Shown here: piece after piece, positions 54,227 through 64,000 of the stretch
Layout of the letters: each line of letters starts with the position of its first letter
Numbering within the stretch: the stretch's first letter is position 1
Source of the DNA: Octopus vulgaris
Taxonomy: Eukaryota
Assembly (NCBI GenBank): GCA_951406725.2
Contig: OX597836.1
Span: 32,674,001-32,738,000 of the forward strand
DNA: 64,000 bases
Direction of reading: 5' to 3'
Notes under the pieces: generated by a model
Database searches by the model: none
What the model was told of the DNA's origin: nothing
The model's input: the letters and a program-made list of their open reading frames with translations, nothing else
Position numbers and translations under genes: made by a program

Positions 54227-57200
54227 AGAATGAGTATTATAAAGTTCTTAAAGTTCTTTCTTGTTGGTAGCCATGTATAGCGCTATTTCATCATTTTCTG
54301 TAATTATCAGCATGGCATAACTTGAGATAAATCAGCTTAAGCTAAATTCAACCATTTTATGAAGTTAGACATTTCTTGTAAAGAGGAAATAGTTTATTAT
54401 AATTTAATAAAAGGTATTCTTTTCATCTTCCATCCTTAATTCTTACCCCCATCTCAAGAAGGAGAAAGAAGCCAGCATTGTTCTGTATCTCTTCTTATTT
54501 CGTTTCTGTCACTTTCTTTCCTTCTCTCTTGTCTCTCTCTATTTCTCCTTCTCTGTCTGTCTATCTCCCTCCCCACCACCACCACCGCTTTTCTGTACAT
54601 TTGTTTTAAAAAAGTGTTCTGCATATATAATAAACCCATGTCTCCAGAGGAATAAAAATCTGTTCTGTTCACTACTCCTTCCCCTCATTCCTTGTCTCAC
54701 CCTTCTTTCCTCTTTGTCTAATCCCCTCCCTCCCTTCCTCCCTCTCTCTCACACTCCTCTTTCTCTACCTTCCCCTTATCTCTCTCCTTACCCCTCTGCC
54801 TCCTTCTCTCTCGCTCCCCCTCTCTGTCTATCCTCTCTGCATGCTCTCTGTGTCTGCCTGTCCCTCTGTCTCTGTCTGTCTGTCTCTTTCTCTCTCTCCC
54901 TCTCTCTCTTCCTTTTCTCTCTCTCACCCTCTCTTTTTTCCTTCTCTCTCTCCCCTCTCTCTCTTTCTCTCATTCATTCATTCACCTTGTACCTATGCTT
55001 CAGTGTTAGTGGTGATATGTAGTGAGCAGTAGGTGGTAATAGACAGAGAGACACAAACAGTCAATGAAACAGAAAGAGGGAGAGAGAGAGACAGAGACAG
55101 AGACAGTGAGGCAGTGATACCCAACAGACATAGACATAAAACTGTGAAAGAGAGAGAGGGGGAGAAGGTGAAGCTTGATTTATGATGTTGTACAGAACAA
55201 ATTTTTTACCTTTTTCTTTTGCTTTTTACATACTTAATTCTCCGCCCACTCCCTTGTTATTTTTTTTACCTGTAGAAAAAAAACAGAAAGGCTGACATTG
55301 TCCTTCCATTATCAATGCATCATTGTAAACACAGTGGTTATATTTCAACTTTATGCATTTTTTTTATTTACATTGATTATTTTATCCCCTTCCCCCCCAC
55401 CTCTCCACCCTTCTTTTTATTAATTTAACTATTTTGGCTGTTTTTCTTCATTCAATTATTTATTTGTTTATGTATTCATTGTAAATAAAAAAAAATTTAC
55501 AAGTGACACCCCCCCCCCCCCCGCAAGACCCTCTACCTGTTAACATTGTTTATTTTATATTGTTGTCCATTATTATAATAAAGGATTGCTGTTGATATTG
55601 TGAATAAAATTAGTGCCTTTACCTGCTCCCTAAAACCTCATTAAGGCTTCAACAACATGGACAGCAGTAGCAACAACAACATCTACAACTGCATTAAAGA
55701 CTCCCTTCAGTCATGAATGACCATGGGATTGCACCTAGAAAGTTTCCCTTCGAGGCACAAGTCTGGGCAAGGTTCTTTATGGAAGACCAGCAGTTGCCCA
55801 TGGATACCAGCCTCTGATGTTATCCAAGGGAAAGGCAAAGGATGATACAGCTTGGCACCAGTGATGCCACAACTCATTTCTACAGCTGAGTGAACTGGAG
55901 CAATGTGAAATAAAGTGTCTTGCTCAAGAACACAACACACAGCCTGATCTGGGAACTGAACTCACTACCTCATGATTGTGAGCCCAACACTCTGAATACA
56001 TTTATTGTATCTGTCCCTTTTCTCATGACTGTTGGAGTGTGATTTAAGAAAGGATTCCAGTGAAAGTAATAACCAGCTGCACAAAAGATGAGGGATGAAA
56101 TTATGAGCAATTTTGCTCACATAATAAGTACAGCAGATGAGTAAATAGTGCCATAGACAGAAGAATGATGGAGGGATAGATGTTAGTAAGATGAGTTGTA
56201 TGTGGCAGACTTGACTGGGACCAATTGGGTGTGGAAGCATAAGGATAAAAGATATGCTTTTAGGACCTAATTTTTGCTGGGATGGACTGTAAAATCCTCA
56301 ATCATCACAGTATTTTGTTATTGCCTTCACAAAGCTCGACATCTGGAGTTCATCACTATTTCATCCCACATTTTCTTGGGTCTTCCTCTTCTACAAGTTC
56401 CATCCACATATGATAAATGGCACTTCTTTATGCAGCTGTCCCTATCCATATGTATCCCATGATCATACCAGCACAGTTAACCCTCTTTAACGCCACATTT
56501 GATACCTCTTATGCCTAATTTTTCTCTCAACACTTTGCACTTTGTTATACATGTACACTGTCATTGCACAACTAGTAGAAAATGCCAGCTTCATTTCTAT
56601 CAAGCCATTCCATGTCTTCCACATTCATATACCACGTTTCACTACATGGTAGTGAAACATAGGATGCTCATTCACAAGCACCATACAATGTGTCTTTCAC
56701 CATGAAACCCAAGAGAGAAAGGCCAGCCCTTAGTTACCGACAGAGGCAATAACTCTCCGAATTTGCTCTACCACATGTCTGGCCAGGGGGAAATAAAAGA
56801 TATTAGGAGATGATTTGAGATTGACCTAAGCACACAAAAAAACCCACCACCACCACCACCAACTACTACTACTACTACTAATTGTAAACTTAGCAAAAAA
56901 TGACTCAGCTGTTTGGCTTAGCAAGGGAAAAATGTAAGACTGTTTAGTTAGTTGGAAAATTGGGTTTTAATCTTTCACATAAACAGTAATTAGATTAGAA
57001 GCAAAATGAAAAAACAAACCAAAAACTGCAATTTCCTTGTTAACCGGTTTAATGGTAAGCACTAAAGGCAAATCACCACACTTGAGAATATTCACTTTAA
57101 GGAGCTACTAAAAATAATAACAAACCATATCAGATTCAGTGCAGATAATGATTAAGATGGATGCCATGTAAGTTGGTTTCTAGGTTTTCTAGCAGAATAT

Positions 57201-59243
57201 CCAACCACAAAGATATCATTTCCTTAAACAGCGATTTTACAAACTTTTCTCAATTGGCTGACATAATCACCAACATCACCACCACCACCACCATTGCTGT
57301 CACTACTTCCACTGCCACCATCGTACCACCTTTGCTGCCGCCACTGCCCCTGGCTACACTAATAACCATGTACCTCTTAATTTGTGGAAACTCTCGTTTT
57401 ATTTTCTGTTAGAAATTCACAGAAGTTTTACATTTTGCTTCGTCTTTGTTCTAAGCTAATTGCAGATTAAAGATGGTTAAATCTGAAGAATACTCTGCAA
57501 TTGTCTGGCACTATGAGACAACATAACCAACGGCTCAAAGTAGAATAAATTAGCTTACTTTGTAGCAGAGGGAAAGTCTAGCATTTTGGGTGGGACCAAT
57601 TCTCAGAGACAAAGAAAGACAGAGAGAGAGAGGTTTTCTGAGGGTACCAAATATATGAGGACAGAGAAATAGGAGGCTTGTTAAAGCATTGGATGAAATA
57701 CCTTGTGGTGTTTATTCTGGTGAAGGCGCATGGCCTAGTTATCAGGGTGTTGCACTGACAATCAGGAGATTGTGGTTTCGATTCCTGGACCAGTTGATGC
57801 TTTGTGTCCTTGAGCAAAACACTTCATATGTTTTGTAGTGAACACTTGTTCAGGCAACATCGAATTGATGAAGGAAATGGGCACAAACATTTGATCACTA
57901 TACACAAATCATTTGTGCAGGTTGTTCAATAAGGAATTACAGAAATGTCTTTCTCTGACTACAAGAGTCTACCATCATTTATTTGGTTTATCTAATTCTG
58001 AATTCAAATCCAGTCACAATTAACTTTGTCTTTATTTTTTTTTTACCTCCATCTTGCTGGGATACACAGGAGTGAGGATGAAATATGAGCAGTTTTGCTG
58101 TCTTGTAATTACAGCAGCAGAATGAATAGTGCCATAGACAGAAGAGTGATGGAGGGATGGGTTTAAGAAAATGACCTATTGGGAAAGACTTGATAGGGAC
58201 AGACTGGATGTAGGAGCTTAGACATAAATTATATGGTTACAGGATTTCGTTTTTGCAGAAATGGATGGGTGTTCTCAGGCACAGCAATAAAGTACCAGTC
58301 AAGGGTGATGAGTGGCACAAACGTTGCAGTATCAGACAGGTTGCCTACGTTTTTTTCTGGTTCTTTGTACACTGAGTTCAAATCCTGCAGAAGTCTAATA
58401 AAGTGGTAGACTTAAACTATCACCTTGTTTAATGTTACGATCTGGTCCCTGGGCACCTCCAGCAAAGTCCTCTCTGTGACAAATATTTAGACCAAATCTC
58501 CAGTTTGAGAGCTCCAGTATCAGCTTGGTATGGTTTCCATGTCTTCCAGCCATAGAAACCATGCACTTCCTAATGTCAACCATTCTACATGCTTTTATAT
58601 GCAACCAGCACTAGCAAAGTTGCCTATTAATTTGCGAGACGAGAAAATACCAAGAGAAAGGAAAAGGAAAAAAGGCCCTTCTGACTAAATGGTGCTTGGG
58701 TTGGGTTAGTATTTGAGATGAGGAGGAAGGACAATGGTTCTATGTCAGATGTTGAGGGATTAAAATGTGATGGAAGGAAAAGCACAAGTGTCTTGTTGTA
58801 TATAAGGTTATTCCACATTATACAGGGATGAAAGTAGCAGGAAAGAAGGTGGAGAGGGTGGTGATGGGATGCCAGAGCATCTTAAGATACAAGAAGATGG
58901 GTATAAGAGAGGATACAGAGAGTGTAGGATGAGTCATAGCATTGTGAAGGGAGACTAGATTATAAGCAAAAAAGAATTAAATTTCCTTGTAAATTGGTTT
59001 AACTCTTTAGCATTCAGGTTATTTTGTCAAATGTAATGTTTATTTTTTCACATTGTTTAGAATTAATCATTCATTAAGTTGTAGTTTTGAGATTTCAATG
59101 GTGTGGTTGTTTTTTTTATAATGACATTGTAGAGTAGGTGTGAAAGGCCAGATATGTAGTTGAAATTTATAGAAAAAAAGACGAAGACAAGTGTATGAAC
59201 AGCAAGCAAGTATATTAGTTTGACACTTGTGAAAATGAAAAGT

Positions 59244-59279
59244 CTTTTACATTTCGAGCCTATGCTCTTCAACAGAAAG
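59244..59279 (-). ncRNA. Minimal hammerhead-like motif with A6U core variant
   Basis: Minus strand: CUUU-CUGUUGA-A-GAGC(AUAG)GCUC-GAAAU-GUA-AAAG. Confidence 0.55.
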
Positions 59280-60083
59280 GAACATGAGAAAATAGGCAGA
59301 GAGAAAATAAAAAGACTAGTAGATTTTAGTGGTTCAGCATGGCAAATGATTTGTAAAATAGTTGGAAAGAAACTGGTCAGTAGGTGTGAGAGGCCAGATA
59401 TATAACTAGTTTGGACCTTTAGCATTCAGATTAATCTGTTGAGTGTACTTCTTACTTCTTCACATTGTTTCGAATTAATCAGGTATTATCTAGTGGCTAT
59501 AAAGATTTCAATGATGTGACTATTTAATTTTATAATGACATTATAGGGTAGGTGTAAGAGACAAGATGTGGCTGGTTTGAACATAAAACAGGTGGAATAT
59601 TTTGGTCTGATATATCTGGTTTAAATTTTAAAGAGTTAATTGCAAGTACCGATGGCAGATCACCTCTAGAATCACTCGCTAGAAATATAGCATACAAATC
59701 TCACCTGGTCTTTCACATGCCCTGCAGGGTACCCAAACCAAACTGTGATGTAACATTCTGAATCTGACAAGCCTCTCTTCCAACATCCAAACCCGAGTTT
59801 CCTGGCTGAGATGCTTACAGAATAAATCCATCTGAACATGGCACTGTCATTTCGTATGAGACCCCATTTCAGATTGTGACATTGACAGACGAGATCTCAC
59901 TGACACAGAACAGAACACTATGAATGCAAAACATTGTAGATGTGACCTCTTACATAAGTTAGTTTTCAAACATACATGCGTACACATATAGATAGATAGA
60001 TAAATAAAAAAAAATAGATACATACATGCACACGTATGTATGTATATCATCATCGTTTAATGGTCTGTTATTTTCCATGCTGG

Positions 60084-60129
<46 letters not shown>

Positions 60130-60395
60130 GCACATATATATAGACAGATAGATAGATAGACGTTTGGATGGATGGATGGATGGATGGATAGATAAACGAA
60201 CGGACGGACGGACAGACAGACAGATAGATAGACATGCATGCATTCATACATATATAAATGAAGTCTTGTATAAAATCTTTAATCATTTACAACTGTTAAG
60301 AATGACAAATTTAACCAGTATTTCTTTTAGTGGTACTTCTTAAAGGTTATACACATACGTACTTACATACATAGATATATACATACATGTGTGTG

Positions 60396-60453
<58 letters not shown>

Positions 60454-61312
60454 TATATATATTTATATATATATACTATTTTATATATATATATATATAC
60501 ACACACACACATATATGTGTCTGTATATGTGTGTGTATATATATATATATGCTTAGCTTCTTTACGTTTGTAAGAAAAGGAAAAAGAAAAAAAACTTTTC
60601 TTTTTCATCCCTTCAAATTCCTTAAATTTCTTTTTTGTTTCTTTTCTGTTTTTTTTTTTGTTTCTTTTTTGTTGTTTATTCTAAATTGTTTCTTTGTTTG
60701 TTTGTTTTTCTTATGTCAGCTGCAGAGAACAACGATTGTTGTTGAACTTTTTTCTCACAATAAGGAAATAGTTTAAACTGAATATTGCACTTTGACATAA
60801 CAAGATTATAATCATGCAGCTGGATGGCTGGCCAGCTGGTCTGTTGGTTGGTTGGCTGGTTGATTGGATGGGTGGATGGATGGATGGGTGGGTGGGTGGA
60901 TGGTGAAGTCTCTTTTTTAACACAAGAAAAGAATAGTTGTTCTGTTCGCCAAAGCTTTTTAATTGCACTTCACTTAATAATTTGCTATTAGTTAATTAGT
61001 TAGTTACTTGGTAGTAGTGGTGGTGGTGCCTGTGGTGGTGGTGGTGGTGGTGGCGGTGGTGGTTATGGTGGTAGTGGTAGTGGTGATGGAGGTGGTGATG
61101 GTGGTGGTGGTGGGGATTGTGGTAGTAGTGGCTGTGGTGGTGGTGGTGGTGATGATTGTGGTAGTAGTGGTTGTGGTGGCAGTAGTGGTGGTGGTGGTGG
61201 TGGTCGTCGTCGTAATAGATGTTGTGGTAGTAGTTGTAATCGTGGTAGTAGTGCTGATGGTAGTGGTTCTGATGGTAGTAGTAGTATTGTGTTGGTAGTG
61301 GTGATAGTAGTG

Positions 61313-61360
<48 letters not shown>

Positions 61361-62078
61361 ATTTTTGTTTTTCATTTTGATTAAAAAAACTCGAATAAGC
61401 ATTTGGACATGGAATTAAGTAATGCATGTCATTGCTAATTTCTGTTCATTTGATGGAGAATAATTAATGAAATCAGAAAATGTACCGCTTGAAGTTTGTC
61501 TGCTTTTTTTTTTTTTAATGTTTTAAAACACCATTTCTTTGAGATAAGATTTTTTTTTTTTTTTTTTTTGCTCAAAGATAATGAAATTATTAACTCTGCT
61601 GCAATAGCAACAACAACAAAAATAACAAGAAAAAGCAAAACCAAAAAAAAAAAGCAAATAAAAAACACTTAATTAAAAGTGACCTCCCTCCCTCATTCTC
61701 TCTGTTTCTTTTACAGACATGCACACACATATACATACATACATACATACATACATACATACATACACGCATACACGTATGCTCACACATATATGCATTC
61801 GTGAGATTTTGTCTATCAAACAAATTTTTTATTTATTTGTTTTTGTTTTTGTTTTTTGTCTCTTTGATTAAGTTCTTGGTAACTAACCATTCCTCAAAGG
61901 GAAACAGTCTAGACAGAGATATGTTCAGAGATATTTCTCAGCAACCCAACCTTTAACATTCTGATAAGCCAAAAGAAACACTTTTTGGCAGAAATGATTT
62001 CCATTCTGGTCTCTTATTTTTCTGTTCTCACTCCGATTCCATTTTATTTTCATCCTCAGGTCTTTTCTTCTTCTCTTT

Positions 62079-62111
<33 letters not shown>

Positions 62112-62332
62112 TTTTTCTCTCTTTCTTTATTTATTCATTTATTTATTTAGGCATGGTTGTGTGGTTAAGAAGCTTGCTTCCAAATCAGGTGGTCTTGGGT
62201 TCAGTCCCACAGCATGACACCTTGGCTAAATGTCAACTATAGTCCTGGGGCCAACCAAAGCCTTCTGTGTGAATTTGGCAAAAGGAAACAGGAAGAAGCC
62301 ATTGTGCATACATATATCTATGTATGTATACT

Positions 62333-62402
<70 letters not shown>

Positions 62403-62488
62403 AGTATGTATGCACACACACATATATATATGTATGTACACACATATATATATATGTATGTATGTACATGCATACATATATCTGTATG

Positions 62489-62540
<52 letters not shown>

Positions 62541-62596
62541 TATATAGGTAGTAAGATAGATAGGTAGGTAGATACATACATACATACATACATACA

Positions 62597-62629
<33 letters not shown>

Positions 62630-62636
62630 TTATATA

Positions 62637-62984
62637 CAAATTAAAATCCAGAAAATGGAGATGTAGCCTTACTATGATTTATTAACTGCAAAACTTCAGC
62701 ATGTTCACTTACAGTTGTTTCGATTTTGCCCAAAAGAATTAAATTCCAGTAATTAAAAAAAAGACACATCATTAGGTTAATACATGTTTTGGATGAATAA
62801 CATGTAATAACCTAACAATATGTCGTTTTTACTCCTCTGATGAGATTTTGCCCAATAAAATGTTTTAATTACTGGAATTTAATTCTTTTGGGCAAAATCG
62901 AAACAGCTGTGAGTGAACATGTTGAAGTTTTGCAGTTAATAAATCATAGTAAGGCTACTTCTCCATTTTCTGGATTTTAATTTG
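62637..62984. repeat. Inverted repeat with arms of about 122 bp overlapping a hammerhead motif
   Basis: 62637-62758 versus 62863-62984, only a few mismatches. Confidence 0.9.
62831..62915 (+). ncRNA. Hammerhead motif, family D, 12-bp stem II, cleavage triplet GUG
   Basis: CUGAUGA-GAUUUUGCCCAA(32 nt)UUGGGCAAAAUC-GAAAC-AGCU-GUG. The inverted upstream arm preserves GUA at the triplet. Stem I is weak. Confidence 0.65.
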
Positions 62985-63203
62985 AAAATTTATAAACCAA
63001 GACTTGTATTTAAACCCATTATTTTAGGAATATTACTATTCACAACAAAATAATAGGTAACAAACCAGTAATTCACTGGATATTTTCTATCCCTTAAAGT
63101 GATTTATTTAACCTCTCTCTCTCTCTCTCTCTCTGACCTCGTGTGTACCGTTGGCGATCTTTTTCCGTCAGTCTTCCCTTCTCTGGATTTTTCCTTCTCC
63201 TAT

Positions 63204-63238
63204 GTTTCCGACGAAGAGCTCCGCTCGAAACGTTAAAC
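63204..63238 (+). ncRNA. Minimal hammerhead-like motif with U4C core variant
   Basis: GUUU-CCGACGA-A-GAGC(UCC)GCUC-GAAAC-GUU-AAAC; all three stems pair. Confidence 0.6.
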
Positions 63239-63330
63239 CCTCCTTCTTTCCTAAGCATCCAATAATACTATATTTGTTCCACGTCCTCGCGTTGTTGTGT
63301 TTTTTTGTGCTTTCTTGTTTGAATTAACTT

Positions 63331-63381
<51 letters not shown>

Positions 63382-63391
63382 ATACACACAC

Positions 63392-63422
<31 letters not shown>

Positions 63423-63427
63423 AACAT

Positions 63428-63485
<58 letters not shown>

Positions 63486-63504
63486 GCATACATATATATG
63501 TATA

Positions 63505-63547
<43 letters not shown>

Positions 63548-63826
63548 GGGACTAGCAGACCAGCCTAATTGACCAGTTATTTTGTTGTTTTTACATTCAT
63601 CACCACCCCACCTTTTAACTACGCCATTATTGACCCACTTTTCTTCAGCCCTGCCAGATCTTTCTACCCACTTTGGAAACTGCTGCTCTAAATGATCATT
63701 TGGTGTACTAGAAATAGAAACCAAATCTACTCTTATCTTCTTCTTCTTCAAAAAAAAAAAGAGAAGTGTAATTCGATAATGTATTCCTAGATACCACATG
63801 TACATTATGTCATTGTCCATTGTTGA

Positions 63827-64000
<174 letters not shown>

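Overview
AT-rich, microsatellite-saturated animal DNA; the SINE, microsatellite and intron style suggests an octopus or other cephalopod (inference). The window lies inside one plus-strand type-II ferlin gene (otoferlin-like). Four exons (15752-15886, 18987-19130, 26999-27126, 63862->64000) splice in frame with GT-AG sites and encode the linker and a C2 domain; a possible upstream exon end lies at 1-69. None of these exons appears in the ORF track, whose entries are almost all microsatellite artefacts. The introns hold tRNA-derived SINEs, decayed RTE LINEs, DD37D and mariner transposase relics, three non-autonomous Helitrons, a solo LTR, MITEs and a tRNA-Gly pseudogene. The main unexplained signal is a dense set of type-I hammerhead ribozyme (HHR) motifs: about 18 motifs from about eight sequence families, mostly in Penelope-like inverted-repeat arrangements. 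They include a short element joining a tRNA-like Pol III head, an (AAT)n tract and a minimal dimer-type HHR; a 497-bp tandem duplication with three HHRs per unit; and a decayed 344-bp HHR-bearing tandem repeat resembling a retrozyme. All folding was done by eye and no activity is shown.
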